Shown here: positions 30,818 to 41,701 of the stretch, in pieces
Position numbering within the stretch: the stretch's first letter is position 1
Layout: each line of letters begins with the position of its first letter
Assembly (NCBI GenBank): GCA_965200155.1
Contig: CBDATR010000010.1
Location: forward strand, 416,001 to 480,000
DNA length: 64,000 nt
DNA from: Nitrosopumilaceae archaeon
GTDB lineage: Archaea > Thermoproteota > Nitrososphaeria > Nitrososphaerales > Nitrosopumilaceae
Direction: 5' to 3'
The notes under the pieces: generated by a model
What the model saw: only the letters and a program-made list of their open reading frames with translations
Told to the model about the DNA's origin: nothing
The model's database searches: none
Position numbers and translations under genes: made by a program

Positions 30818-31618
30818 TCACTTGGATAGCCAGTGACGGGCTGCCAATATGCCTGGCACAGATGCCGCAAGTACCAGGATTATGGCGTCAAACTCTGGTA
30901 TTGCGTGGGTACCGGTAATCCTGACTTCCCCATATTCGGCTGGCGGATATGTTATGCGGATTGTGCGCATCTGTGTGTCCTCCTGTGTTTCCTGGAATGG
31001 CACCATTACATCATTGTTGTCAGTTACCGCAAAGGGTGCATCAAAGTCCCCGTTCTTGGAGTCTAGCAGATATCTTGGAATTTGCACGGTCAGTATGCCG
31101 TCATCTGTACCGTCTACTGTCATTATGATGGTGTGTTCGTGTAGTTGGGCGGAGATGGGAACAGCTCCCCCACTCTGGGTTACTTGCATGCAATGGGAGC
31201 CGTGAACTCCTGCGTCTAGTGTCACAAAGCCGTTCCCGCACTGGCCTATCAGAACTCTTATGGTGTGTGGCGTGGAGTCCGGACCGGCGCGTGCGGTGAT
31301 TGTATAGGTGCCCTCTGTCTTCCAATAGGGACCGCTGGCTTGCATGTTGGTCCGGAACATGCCCTCCTGGTCTGGATACACCTGTTCCACCGCGGCTATG
31401 TTTCCCATGGGGTTCAGTACAAGTATGGTTACTTCATTGCCTGTGTTCTGGGTATATCCGTTTATGAAAATCACCGAGTCCGGATCAAATTTGGTATCAT
31501 CAGTCCATATGGCGACGCCATTACTGGTGCCAATATCCTGCATGCCATCAGGACACTCATTGCAGGATGCCCACGCCAGCGGCACGTACAGTACTAGTGC
31601 CAGCAACAATACCTTCAA
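30818..31618 (-). CDS. PEF(G)-CTERM sorting domain surface protein
   Basis: Signal peptide; IPRYLLDSK; GTHAIPEF followed by a TM tail. Confidence 0.85.
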   Translation of the reverse strand: MKVLLLALVLYVPLAWASCNECPDGMQDIGTSNGVAIWTDDTKFDPDSVIFINGYTQNTGNEVTILVLNPMGNIAAVEQVYPDQEGMFRTNMQASGPYWKTEGTYTITARAGPDSTPHTIRVLIGQCGNGFVTLDAGVHGSHCMQVTQSGGAVPISAQLHEHTIIMTVDGTDDGILTVQIPRYLLDSKNGDFDAPFAVTDNNDVMVPFQETQEDTQMRTIRITYPPAEYGEVRITGTHAIPEFDAIILVLAASVPGILAARHWLSK

Positions 31619-31759
31619 CGGATATTTATAATCGGTGTCATATTAAACGCCTTGCTCATACGGGATAATTTGCGCCCTAAATGACCGGGTCTGTCGGACA
31701 AGACCGGGGAGATTCAATCTATAAGATTCATAAAGCAAATAGACACAACACCAAAAAAC

Positions 31760-33490
31760 ATGGTCGCCACCGCGGACTCTTTTGGATCCCTAGAGTATGT
31801 GCTGGATGAGTTTTCCAACGCATGGAGCTGGAAGATCACCGGGTCTCGTGCAGTGAGCATGATCTCGAATTTGGTGCCTGAGGCGTGGTATGGGTACAAT
31901 GACAACGAAGCAATAATACCGGATAACACCGAGTGTGTAGAAAAGATACGGTGGATGGTGGAACGCTATCCATTGGAGATACTCTCCAAATCCGCATGGC
32001 AGAAAGTACGCAAGCCAAAGGTAGTGCAGCATCCCATGTCCATGCACAAGCTCACTCTGGCTACTCCGGGGGAGCAGTTTCGGGGAAAGCTTCTAAAGTT
32101 TCAGAAAAAGGGACTGGACTTTCTAATCAAGTCCAACGGCAATGCACTGCTGGCCGACGAGATGGGTTTGGGCAAGACCGTTCAGTCATTGGCATATGTG
32201 GCCACCGAGAAGAGGGCCTTTCCGGTTCTGGTTGTGGCGCCCTTGGTGACCCTGAACAACTGGCAGCGCGAGATAGACAAGTTCCTGAAGCGAAAAAGCC
32301 GAAATGGCAGAATAATGACAAACCAGACCCCCACATCCACCATAATACGCACTGGCCGCCGACAAGAATTGCCAAAATCTGACTTTTACATAATTAATTA
32401 TGATCTTCTACATAAACGCCAGAAGGACATAGGCAAGCTGGATATACGTACTATAATATGCGACGAGGTGCATAACCTGCGTTCCATTAAGACAAAGAAG
32501 TATGCAGCAATCAAGTATCTGGCTGCATTGCCTTCGGTGACTCGAAGGCTTGGACTCTCAGGCACGCCCATATACAACCGGGGCTCAGAGATCTGGCCAA
32601 TTGTAGACATACTAAGGCCCGGTATGCTTGGAAGCTATGCGGAGTTCTGTGAATATTTCTGCTACATCAACGACAAGGGAAAGGCTATCGTATTGGAGAA
32701 CAAGCGTGAGGGTCTCCGGCGGCAATTACAGGAACATGTCATGTTGCGCAGAAAAAAGTCCGACGTTCTAAAGGAGCTGAAAGAGAAAGTACGGTACAAG
32801 GAGGTTATAGATGCAGATACCGGATACTATCAGGGTGAGCTGGCGCGTATACATGAGTCTATGGAACAGGAGCAGAGGGAGGCCAAAACCAAGTTTAACA
32901 TATCTGCATCCTATCAGCGTGCTATACAAAGCGAGAGGCTGGCAGCGGGCATGTCCAAGATACCTACCGTTACCAATTTTGTTCGAAACATAATGGAGAT
33001 AGAGGAGAGTGTGGTGGTCTTTTGTCATCACAAGGCTATACACCGCCTCTTACACGAAAACCTGCAGGAGTTCTCGCCTGCATCTATAATAGGCGGGCAA
33101 ACCGATAACGTGCGCCAGGACAACATAGACCGCTTCCAGAGTGGCTCCACCAAGATGATGATTGCTGGCCTGCGGGCGGGCAATGTGGGGATAAATCTGA
33201 GCCGTGCCAAGTATGTCGTATTTGCAGAGTTGGACTGGAGCCCTGCTATTCATCAACAAGCCGAGGATCGGCTACATCGCATAGGTCAGAAAGAGACTGT
33301 ATTTGCGTATTATCTTATAGGTAATGGTACACTGGACGACCATGTGGCCAACGTCCTGGTTGACAAGGGTTACGAGATAGATCCCATACTGGATGACACA
33401 AAGGAAGTATACGAGAATGGTGAAAAAGCTCAGCTAATACTGGCGCAGATACGTGACAAGATAGGGCAGTCTACAGATTCTTCAGCCTAG
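31760..33490 (+). CDS. SNF2-family (HARP/SMARCAL1-like) helicase
   Basis: LADEMGLGKT, DEVH, LSGTP, LRR, GINL, QAEDRLHRIGQ. Confidence 0.92.
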   Translation: MVATADSFGSLEYVLDEFSNAWSWKITGSRAVSMISNLVPEAWYGYNDNEAIIPDNTECVEKIRWMVERYPLEILSKSAWQKVRKPKVVQHPMSMHKLTLATPGEQFRGKLLKFQKKGLDFLIKSNGNALLADEMGLGKTVQSLAYVATEKRAFPVLVVAPLVTLNNWQREIDKFLKRKSRNGRIMTNQTPTSTIIRTGRRQELPKSDFYIINYDLLHKRQKDIGKLDIRTIICDEVHNLRSIKTKKYAAIKYLAALPSVTRRLGLSGTPIYNRGSEIWPIVDILRPGMLGSYAEFCEYFCYINDKGKAIVLENKREGLRRQLQEHVMLRRKKSDVLKELKEKVRYKEVIDADTGYYQGELARIHESMEQEQREAKTKFNISASYQRAIQSERLAAGMSKIPTVTNFVRNIMEIEESVVVFCHHKAIHRLLHENLQEFSPASIIGGQTDNVRQDNIDRFQSGSTKMMIAGLRAGNVGINLSRAKYVVFAELDWSPAIHQQAEDRLHRIGQKETVFAYYLIGNGTLDDHVANVLVDKGYEIDPILDDTKEVYENGEKAQLILAQIRDKIGQSTDSSA

Positions 33491-33992
33491 TTATAATGTC
33501 CTGTTTCTTCTGGGGATCTATATCTAGGGATTCTATATCCTTGATTATGCCATTTATCGCAGTCGGTGAAGCATCAAGTGTCTCTCGTCCAGCATGGGTG
33601 GTCTGGTAAACGCGCTGGACGCGATCAGTCCGCAGTGGATATGATACCACGTGACCCTCTTTTTGCAGTGTGTCCAAAGTATCCTGTACCTTGTCCTCTT
33701 CTAGGGTCATACACGCCGCAGTCTGGTACAGGGTCAGCGGCTGCACATCCAGTAACCGCAACAGGCGTGTACTTGTTGGCGTCTCCTCGCCCCATAGGTA
33801 ATTCCGGGCATCCTCGGTCAGCTCAAAGTGTTCTCCGCATCGAACTATAACATGTCTCTCCAGCATTGATGCTAGTTGGTCCATTATGCGCCCGGTGCTC
33901 ATCTTGGACAGATTTGACTGTGCAATGGCGTGCTCGTCAAGCTTGCCCTGTATGGCTAACAGGACAAAATCCAAATCTCCCTTTACCAGCAT
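33471..33992 (-). CDS. hypothetical protein, probably tandem wHTH
   Basis: ELTEDAR and YQTTHAGR wing-like motifs. Confidence 0.6.
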   Translation of the reverse strand: MLVKGDLDFVLLAIQGKLDEHAIAQSNLSKMSTGRIMDQLASMLERHVIVRCGEHFELTEDARNYLWGEETPTSTRLLRLLDVQPLTLYQTAACMTLEEDKVQDTLDTLQKEGHVVSYPLRTDRVQRVYQTTHAGRETLDASPTAINGIIKDIESLDIDPQKKQDIITRLKNL

Positions 33993-34061
33993 GTTTTTGT
34001 ATATTTGTGACTGTTATAAATTGCCTGCATTACGATTCCACTCTGCTCAGGTAAACAACAC

Positions 34062-34478
34062 TTAGTTTACCGAAATTACGGTAAATTTTTTCACGTCCAG
34101 GGCGTTCTGCGAATACAAGCCATCCCACAGAAAGACATCCACCGTGTATGTACCTGGTGCATGGGGTGTCCAGGAGACTGCAATGTCCAGCTGCTGACCT
34201 GTGTCCACCTCGCCACCAAACCATTTCAGTAATACTATGGTGTCATTATGATCAGTTACCTGCACTATGTACACAAATTCCTGACTGGGGGATGTATCAT
34301 TAGATATGGTGGATGATATGTAGATCTTTTGGTTGGCGTTAACGTGATCTATTATGGGTACCCCGATGGCGTCCACCAGTATTGGCGATGCCATCTCCGC
34401 ACCATACGCAATGGCGCCTCCCAACACGAATATGGATAATATGGCTATTTGTATCAACATAAGCGGGGTATACATGTG
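34062..34478 (-). CDS. secreted Ig-like (CARDB-like) hypothetical protein
   Basis: Signal peptide; YIVQV..SWTP..GTY..FLW; start uncertain. Confidence 0.7.
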   Translation of the reverse strand, partial: HMYTPLMLIQIAILSIFVLGGAIAYGAEMASPILVDAIGVPIIDHVNANQKIYISSTISNDTSPSQEFVYIVQVTDHNDTIVLLKWFGGEVDTGQQLDIAVSWTPHAPGTYTVDVFLWDGLYSQNALDVKKFTVISVN

Positions 34479-34619
34479 CCACATAATATGTCTGATGGGT
34501 ATTGATACTGTGTGATTTGCAACCTGATCGTGGAATATTATATCAATGCATGCCTGCACCAGTTATCTGGGTCGATTACAAACAACATTTATGACATGTC
34601 TGTACGTTGAATCAGAATA

Positions 34620-35381
34620 ATGTCGCTCATATTAGTGGATGTCCAGGATGGAATTTGTACTGTAACAATCAACCGACCGGACAAACTTAATGCAATGAAC
34701 ACTGATGTAGCGCGGGAATTAATTGCGACCTTTGAGAAGGCTGGTGCAGATGATAGTATTCGCGTAATAATTCTGACCGGTCAGGGTAACAGAGCATTCT
34801 CTGCCGGGGCGGACATCAAATACATGTCTACCATAAGTCCCGAGGAGTCTGTAACATATGCTAAACTGGGTCAGCTTGTGACTAACACTATCGAACAAGT
34901 ACCCCAGCCTACCATTGCAGCGGTAAACGGTTTTGCACTGGGCGGTGGTTGCGAAGTGGCCATGTCCTGTGACATACGTATAGGTTCAGAAAAGGCAAAA
35001 CTAGGCCAGCCTGAGGTAACCATTGGAATACCTCCAGGATGGGGTGGTACCCAAAGACTCATGAGAATAGTGGGAATTGCCAAAGCCAAAGAGTTGGTGT
35101 ATACCGGCAAGACGATTGCTGCACAAGAGGCCTTGAGTATAGGACTGCTTAACGGGGTTGTACCACCAGATTCACTGATGGATGAGGTCAAAAAAATGGC
35201 TCAGATCATAATCGCAAACTCATCTATGGGTGTGCAAATGTCCAAAGTTGCCATAAATCGCGGACGTAACACTGATCTTGACACAGGCTTGTCCATTGAG
35301 CTGCTGGCTTGGCGTAACTGCTTTACGCATTCGGATCGAGAGACCATGATGAATGCGTTTCTGCAACGATCCAAAAAGTAA
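34620..35381 (+). CDS. enoyl-CoA hydratase (probable crotonyl-CoA hydratase / 3-hydroxypropionyl-CoA dehydratase)
   Basis: [41 protein letters not shown]. Confidence 0.92.
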   Translation: MSLILVDVQDGICTVTINRPDKLNAMNTDVARELIATFEKAGADDSIRVIILTGQGNRAFSAGADIKYMSTISPEESVTYAKLGQLVTNTIEQVPQPTIAAVNGFALGGGCEVAMSCDIRIGSEKAKLGQPEVTIGIPPGWGGTQRLMRIVGIAKAKELVYTGKTIAAQEALSIGLLNGVVPPDSLMDEVKKMAQIIIANSSMGVQMSKVAINRGRNTDLDTGLSIELLAWRNCFTHSDRETMMNAFLQRSKK

Positions 35382-35605
35382 GAATTCTTGTCAGGTTTTT
35401 TTCATAATATGGCCGTCGCTATGTGTACCGGTATACTTTCACGTCTTGCAGGCACGATCATAATCTCGTACGCGTATTTTTGATCCGGTGAACTATTGCA
35501 TACTATTCTGAGTCCAAATTGGACGCGCATAAGCTAAGGAGAACGGTATGCTCTGGACCAATATCTAGAACAACACTTTTAGCCAAAAAATACGCAGTGT
35601 TATTG

Positions 35606-36295
35606 TTGGCAACAAAGTGGCTAAAACAGTATGGAATACCCGGCAAACTCATTGTGGTGGAAGGTATAGATGGCTCCGGTAAGTCTACCCAGCTTCGATT
35701 GCTGGAAAAATGGCTTCGCTTCAACAAATTGGATGTATTTCTGACCGAGTGGAACTCGTCGTTTATGGTTAAATCCATAACCTCCAAGGCCAAAAAGAAA
35801 ACCACCCTTACCCCTACAACCTTCAGTCTATTACATGCCACTGATTTTGCAGATCGCTTTGAGCGCAACATAATGCCGCTTCTCCGAGCAGGTTACTTTG
35901 TTCTGGCAGATAGGTACGTCTATACCGCGTATGCGAGAGATGTAACTAGGGGTTGTAGGCCGACATGGGTGCGTAAGGTGTATGACTTTGCATTAAAACC
36001 TGATATTGCATTCTACTTTCGCGTTCCCATAGACGTATCAATGGAGCGTATACTGACTGGCAGACCCAAGCTCAAGTATTATGAGGCTGGCATGGATCTG
36101 GGCCTGAGTAAGAGCGAATATGAGAGCTACCGTATATTTCAAAGTAGAATAATACACCAGTATGAACTAATGCGGGAAAGGGAAAATTTTGTAATTATTG
36201 ATGCAGCCCTTGACATAAAAAAACAGCAAAACATTATGCGTGATATAGTAAAACAAATAGTAAATGTGAAAACGCTGGATGAGGAGGAAGTGTAA
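35606..36295 (+). CDS. tmk: thymidylate kinase-like protein 1
   Basis: EGIDGSGKST, ADRY; start set at TTG. Confidence 0.85.
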   Translation: MATKWLKQYGIPGKLIVVEGIDGSGKSTQLRLLEKWLRFNKLDVFLTEWNSSFMVKSITSKAKKKTTLTPTTFSLLHATDFADRFERNIMPLLRAGYFVLADRYVYTAYARDVTRGCRPTWVRKVYDFALKPDIAFYFRVPIDVSMERILTGRPKLKYYEAGMDLGLSKSEYESYRIFQSRIIHQYELMRERENFVIIDAALDIKKQQNIMRDIVKQIVNVKTLDEEEV

Positions 36296-36990
36296 TGTCA
36301 AATTCCCGTGTGCCAAAGTGGTATGGCCAAAGCATACATGATATCAAGATAAATGGCAGGCTCATAGTGATTGAGGGTCCTGATGCATCAGGCCGCAGCT
36401 CACAAATTGAAAGACTGACCACCCGCTTGGAGGCAGACGGTTTTGCGGTACTGAACACCGGCCTGAAACGTTCTGCACTGATTGGCGCTGGCATCCTGGA
36501 AGCCAAGCGTAACATAACATTGGGTAAGCGTACCATTGCTTTATTCTACGCTGCGGACTTTGCGGATCAGCTGGAGCACAAGATAATCCCTGCCTTGCAA
36601 GCCGGTTACGTGGTATTGGCGGATCGTTATATCTACACCCTGATAGCCCGCAACACAATACGCGGCATACGTCGCCTGTGGTCCTCCAACTTGTATGGCT
36701 TCGCCTTGGTACCGGATCTGGTGTTTTATCTTGATGTGGATCCATTCAAGCTGGTTCATAGGGTCTTTGAGAAACACAAGCAGCTGGATTATTATGAATC
36801 CGGCGCCGATATGGGACTCTCAGATGATATGTTTGAATCATTCATAATGTACCAGCAAAAATTGGCTCAGGAGTTTAAGGCACTAAAGAAAAAGTATGGT
36901 CTCGTATCAGTAGATGGTAATAGATCATCAGATCAGGTCTACGAGACTTTGGAAGAGCGTATACGCGAATATTTGGCGCAAGACCGATAA
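36295..36990 (+). CDS. tmk: thymidylate kinase-like protein 2
   Basis: EGPDASGRSS, ADRY; TAATG coupling with the previous gene. Confidence 0.82.
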   Translation: MSNSRVPKWYGQSIHDIKINGRLIVIEGPDASGRSSQIERLTTRLEADGFAVLNTGLKRSALIGAGILEAKRNITLGKRTIALFYAADFADQLEHKIIPALQAGYVVLADRYIYTLIARNTIRGIRRLWSSNLYGFALVPDLVFYLDVDPFKLVHRVFEKHKQLDYYESGADMGLSDDMFESFIMYQQKLAQEFKALKKKYGLVSVDGNRSSDQVYETLEERIREYLAQDR

Positions 36991-37053
36991 CTGCGCATGT
37001 GTCTGGATTTTATAACATCCGCGTAAATCATTGTAATTTATTCTTAAAAATTT

Positions 37054-37145
37054 GTATGAGTTCACCTGTGTCTAAATTTACGCACAACTGATCGCGACAG
37101 TTAATGTGATTTGTGCACAAGATTCCGGAAGACGTGAACTCATAC
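37054..37145 (+). mobile_element. 92-bp MITE
   Basis: TSD AAAAATTT. Confidence 0.95.
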
Positions 37146-37347
37146 AAAAATTTGGCTCAATGAGTGCATTGTATTATTGGTGAAGTTTATACAAAAAATT
37201 GAATTTTTATGTTCTAATTACATGGCGTCTGCATTAGTGTGGACTTCTGGTTTCGCTGTATATGAAACAGTGTTGTATAAGCGCAAAAACTCGGCTATAC
37301 TCAAATTACAATAACAATTAAAACCTGATGTTAGCTAATACATGCTA

Positions 37348-37421
37348 GGGCCCGTAACTCAGCTTGGTAGAGTAACCGACTCATAATCGGTGAGCCGCGG
37401 GATCGAAGCCCACCGGGCCCA
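37348..37421 (+). tRNA. tRNA with CAT anticodon, probably tRNA-Ile2 (alternatively elongator Met)
   Basis: Acceptor GGGCCCG/CGGGCCC-A, D stem ACTC/GAGT, anticodon arm ACCGA-CTCATAA-TCGGT, T loop ATCGAAG; GGGCCC start is typical of archaeal Ile2. Confidence 0.9.
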
Positions 37422-37524
37422 CTACAATATTTTAAATCACGACATACACTGCAATGTGTGGCAGCAATGAGGAATCAGAGTTATACCTGATATGTGATGA
37501 GAAGGCATTTGACTGAGCTGCCAA

Positions 37525-38157
37525 TTACCAACGTGGTTCGTATACCATGACCACTTTGCCGTCTTTTATGGTAAATCCCATGGTGGCCAGCGTGGTTCTA
37601 GACGTGGAACTATTGCGCTCTAGTATTTTTTGCGCTATCTCTTTCCGTAATTTTGAATTCATATGTTGCCCTATCTTGTATTTGCCCCTTATCTCTGATG
37701 GTATGAGCTTGATCACTGCGGTGTGTTTTAGCGCTTCATCGCCCTGTTGCATGGGTGCATAGCCTCCCTCAGGCTGATACTTGGTCATTAGCCCATTGAG
37801 TGCAAGGCACTTCTCTGTTTCATCTTCCACCAAGTATGCCTGCCCCTTCATAACCACGCTAACATAAAGCGTGTCTGCCACGGAGGCATCAGTTGGATGA
37901 GTGAAGTATGATGGCAGAAACTCTAACTCCTGATCAACCTCGAAACCTGCCAAGGGACTGCGCTTCATATTGTCCAGCTTCTCGCCTCTTGTGTGTGAGT
38001 GCATGTATATGATACCGCCTAGAAAAGCGTAATTCATTGGTATTATTTGAGGAAAACCATTTTTGTCTATGGTGGCAATGCGGCCAACGTGCTGTGTCTC
38101 CAAAAACTCGGCAATTATACGGGATGATTTCATCTCCAGCTTGCCAAGCAGTTGCAT
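37525..38157 (-). CDS. pyridoxamine 5'-phosphate oxidase-like flavin-binding protein (NimA-like)
   Basis: VGRIAT..PQIIPMNY, HS..GEKL, YVSVVMKG, GKYKIGQ. Confidence 0.85.
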   Translation of the reverse strand: MQLLGKLEMKSSRIIAEFLETQHVGRIATIDKNGFPQIIPMNYAFLGGIIYMHSHTRGEKLDNMKRSPLAGFEVDQELEFLPSYFTHPTDASVADTLYVSVVMKGQAYLVEDETEKCLALNGLMTKYQPEGGYAPMQQGDEALKHTAVIKLIPSEIRGKYKIGQHMNSKLRKEIAQKILERNSSTSRTTLATMGFTIKDGKVVMVYEPRW

Positions 38158-38179
38158 ACTTTGGATAATATGATCTTGT

Positions 38180-38413
38180 CTATAAACTGTCTTTATGGGT
38201 ATTTTGTCGCCAAGCAAAACTGTCTTCCGCTAGCCGTATGCGACTTGACTCCGCAGCGTCTTCTACCATGTCGTACAAGTTATGGAGACTTGCAGGTTTT
38301 ATTGCCTCTTCTTCTCTAATACACAATTGAATGTCTTGCAACGTGTTTATGGCATTGTCAACTATGTGGTTAGTCTCGGCCATGAGATCGGCCCAGTCAT
38401 GTTTGCCCATCAC
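38180..38413 (-). CDS. hypothetical protein
   Basis: 77-aa ORF coupled to the upstream LLM gene. Confidence 0.55.
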   Translation of the reverse strand: MMGKHDWADLMAETNHIVDNAINTLQDIQLCIREEEAIKPASLHNLYDMVEDAAESSRIRLAEDSFAWRQNTHKDSL

Positions 38414-39510
38414 TTTGCTGTCTGTTCATGGAGGTATGGCATTACGTGATTTGCAAACTTGTCTATGGATCCCAGATACTCCTTGCCCCAGAATCTAATG
38501 ACAAAGTGTGTAACGCCAGCCTTTAGGAATCTCTCAAAGGTGGGTATGATATCATCTGGTGTGCCTATGGCGGTAGAGGAGCGTGCTATTGAATCGGGCA
38601 GCTTTGTTGCCGCCTCTCTCATGCGTACTATCCAATCAGAGTCTGACATGGAATACTCGGTAAAGTATTTTCTAAAGTCGAAACCCTCTATCTGTTTCAG
38701 GTTATGTACCCGTAGAATCTCTGGCTTAAACAGGCTTACCTTTACCGCTTCCTTCATCTTTGCCCATGATAGCTCAGCATCTTCGGAAAAGTAAACGTCA
38801 ATGTCCAGTGCCCATTCGAACCGTTCTCTCTCCTCTTTGGGACGGTCGTTCTTGTCCATTGATGCCACTATTTGTTGGCGATGATCCTCGAAGAGTTCTG
38901 GCGTATACCCTATGGGCAGCCACCCATCTCCAAGCTTACCTGTCATTGCCAGTGTGCGCTTTCCTCCCGCTGCCATGTAGGTGGGTATACGAGGCTTGCG
39001 TATTGGTGGTGCTTGCAGGCATGCTGATCGCAGTTGGTAAAACTTGCCTTCATAGTCTACAGTATTATCCGGATTTGAATTATACAATTCATGAATCACC
39101 TCTATCTGCTCTTCCCATTTACTGACAGGACTAACAAATGGTATGCAGAACTCCTTGAGGTTCTGAGCCTCGCCTGCACCTATGCCCAGTATGGCTCGAC
39201 CTTCCGAGATTCTATCTAGCGTAATGGCTGCTAGTGCTATGTTGGATGGGTGCCTACGTATGGCATCTGTAACACAGGTGCCTAGCTCCACGTTCTTTGT
39301 TAGCGCTGCAATTGCTGACAACATGACCCATGGATCCAACACGATGGCCTTCTTCCACTGGGGAACGTTTGTGTGATCCATGTAGAATATGGAGTCGTAC
39401 CCCGTCTTGTCGGCTAACATACACGCGGTCAATATGCGCTCTTCGTTGTAACCTGCACGAGCTACATTAAGTCCATTCTGTATGCCAAATTTTATTTTTT
39501 TAGACGCCAA
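38410..39510 (-). CDS. LLM-class (F420/flavin-dependent) oxidoreductase
   Basis: DPWVMLSAIA, LGTCV, TLDRISEGRAILGIGAG, GDGW, GTPDD. Confidence 0.92.
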   Translation of the reverse strand: MASKKIKFGIQNGLNVARAGYNEERILTACMLADKTGYDSIFYMDHTNVPQWKKAIVLDPWVMLSAIAALTKNVELGTCVTDAIRRHPSNIALAAITLDRISEGRAILGIGAGEAQNLKEFCIPFVSPVSKWEEQIEVIHELYNSNPDNTVDYEGKFYQLRSACLQAPPIRKPRIPTYMAAGGKRTLAMTGKLGDGWLPIGYTPELFEDHRQQIVASMDKNDRPKEERERFEWALDIDVYFSEDAELSWAKMKEAVKVSLFKPEILRVHNLKQIEGFDFRKYFTEYSMSDSDWIVRMREAATKLPDSIARSSTAIGTPDDIIPTFERFLKAGVTHFVIRFWGKEYLGSIDKFANHVMPYLHEQTAK

Positions 39511-39765
39511 CGTATTGAAGCAGTGTATACTGTATTTAAAAAGCTTCTTTGTGTCTGCTAATTTCTCATACACTCTACAAAATGGGTCTATCGGGATATT
39601 GACGGTAACAGAAGGGTGTGTTTGGTAAAGGGGTATTTTATATTACACAAATCAACAAATACAGCAAGGTACTTGTACCAAAAATTCATCCTTTATGTGT
39701 TGGGTGAACTCAGCTATATCTTGGAATATGACGGTTTTCCCCAAGTCTTGGAGAGTAAATTCTTT

Positions 39766-39857
39766 GTATGAGTTCACGTCTTCCGGAATCTTATGCACAA
39801 ATCACATTAACTGTCGCGATCAGTTATGCGTAAATTTAGACACAGGTGAACTCATAC
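39766..39857 (-). mobile_element. 92-bp MITE
   Basis: TSD AATTCTTT. Confidence 0.95.
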
Positions 39858-40027
39858 AATTCTTTCATTATGCTTAAATTTCCACAAATTGGGCCAGGCA
39901 CTGCATGTATATGCTTTGGTTTAGGTAGGCATTCCTGTATTATGTGGTATAAAAAAGTCAAAAATGGATATTCCAGCATTAATACAATTATAATAATCGT
40001 ATCTGTCTACGTTTTTGAAGTGATATT

Positions 40028-40053
40028 GTATGAGTTCATCTATGTCTAAATTT
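40028..40053 (+). mobile_element. left part of an older MITE; the rest resumes at 42212
   Basis: GTATGAGTTCATCTATGTCTAAATTT ... CTAAATTTACGCACGACTG. Confidence 0.75.
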
Positions 40054-40145
40054 GTATGAGTTCACGTCTTCCGGAATCTTGTGCACAAATCACATTAACT
40101 GTCGCGATCAGTTGTGCGTAAATTTAGACACAGGTGAACTCATAC
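40054..40145 (-). mobile_element. 92-bp MITE replacing the left end of an eroded IS66
   Basis: Left flank CTAAATTT recurs at 42212 after the IS66 right end. Confidence 0.93.
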
Positions 40146-40380
40146 ACATAGAGTGTACCGCCGGTTTGATGACGGTGGGAAGCACCAGCTGGGCGCATTT
40201 ATTAGACCTTATGCGCATGATTGACAGTAACAGCCCATGTTGCTTCAAACTGGGGTGTATTTTATGGCACACAATCCGTCAAGCATGAACAATGTGAATG
40301 GCACCTGCCAGCACTAACGTATGTCGTGTAGTGGGGTAACCGGATCTTGATGAAGTATATCGGAAGTGAGCTAAACGGTT

Positions 40381-40479
40381 GTATGAGTTCACCTGTGTCT
40401 AAATTTACGCACAACTGATAGAACCGGTTACCAGTTAATGTGATTTGTGCACAAGATTCCGGAAGACATGAACTCATAC
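40381..40479 (+). mobile_element. MITE (variant TAGAACCGGTTAC), no TSD
   Basis: TIRs present; lies in the IS5 3' non-coding part. Confidence 0.93.
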
Positions 40480-40534
40480 CATTAATTTAGTGGATTTTCT
40501 GATGAGTAATATTCGAATTATAATAACACGGAAA

Positions 40535-41701
40535 TTATGGACAGATATTTTTCAAGAATTTCTTGTACCTGGTATGCTTGTGCATAATGTGTAAATTATG
40601 CAACCCAGATACTACGAGTAGATCTTCCCGGAATTCCTCACGACTGCCATCATATACCTGACTTAATCTACGATATACCTTTAGCATTCGAATTACATTC
40701 TCGATTAATATGCGCCTTTTTGATACATATTGGTTGTATTTCCTTTCAGTTTTAGTGAGTGATTCCCTACCCCTGTATGGAATTATGACCTTTGCGCCGG
40801 GTAGGAAGTCTTTCATACCCTGGTATCCTGCATCTGCTATTACTGTTATCTTATCGGATGGTGGCGTGGTTGATTCTTTTAGGGACTTGCCCCATTTGCC
40901 ACCGAGGGGAATATCATTCTTGAATATACCATAATCGTGTCTTTTTCCCTCATATACTCCACTTACGTGAATTATCAGTCTTTTCTTGTTTGATGTTATC
41001 TGTACGTTATACGTGTGGGTTTTTTGTTTACCAGAGTACATTGCCTCCTGATTTTTTTTAGGACGTTGTACGCGTACATGTGTCCCGTCAGTCTTTATCT
41101 CCCCTCCGGCTCGGCCTGGAACAATTTCCTTAAAGTCGGGTGTTGACTTGATTTGTGATATTGCTTTTGCAACGGTATCTGCCGTTGGAAGTATCTTGAT
41201 CAGTCCCTGCTTTGTAAACTGGATGTAACGGCATATGTTTGACTGGTTTATCTTGAGTATTGCTGCCAGCAGCTCCTGCTTTGTATTGCAGCGCAGGCGT
41301 ATCAGTGTAACTAAGAGTACATGCCTGACCGGAAATTTGTTCACATGGCCGCGATCATTTGTAAGTTCTAAGAATCGCCGTGCATCATCGCCTTCCAGGG
41401 ACTCTACGTATTCTGTGAATCTGGTTAGTATCCATTTGAACTCTTCCGGGGTGCATCCGGTCAGGGAATGAAGCTGATCCTTGCGTTCTATGATGTCATC
41501 AAGATTTGAAACGAGGGCATTCTTTGTTTGAGCTTCAAGTTTGGCGTGCAGGTTTGTTACTTCGGCCTCGGACCTGGTGCGTAGCCGGTAGTACTCTGTG
41601 ACTAACTGCTCCCTGGTGAGTTCTTCTGCTTTTAGCATACCTGGTATTACAAAATTAGGTCTTAACTTTTCTGTTTCACACGAGTCTGTGGGAAAACCCA
41701 T
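40535..41701 (-). CDS. IS5-family DDE transposase (DDE_Tnp_4-like), apparently intact
   Basis: HTH QELLA..INQSNICR; TDGT, YSGKQKTH, HD, ADAGYQG, RILIEN. Confidence 0.9.
   Translation of the reverse strand: MGFPTDSCETEKLRPNFVIPGMLKAEELTREQLVTEYYRLRTRSEAEVTNLHAKLEAQTKNALVSNLDDIIERKDQLHSLTGCTPEEFKWILTRFTEYVESLEGDDARRFLELTNDRGHVNKFPVRHVLLVTLIRLRCNTKQELLAAILKINQSNICRYIQFTKQGLIKILPTADTVAKAISQIKSTPDFKEIVPGRAGGEIKTDGTHVRVQRPKKNQEAMYSGKQKTHTYNVQITSNKKRLIIHVSGVYEGKRHDYGIFKNDIPLGGKWGKSLKESTTPPSDKITVIADAGYQGMKDFLPGAKVIIPYRGRESLTKTERKYNQYVSKRRILIENVIRMLKVYRRLSQVYDGSREEFREDLLVVSGLHNLHIMHKHTRYKKFLKNICP

Noticed and set aside
31760-33490. SNF2 helicase as part of a defence system (DISARM/BREX-like)
   Set aside because: Neighbours are housekeeping and surface-protein genes; no methylase, nuclease or other defence partner is adjacent.
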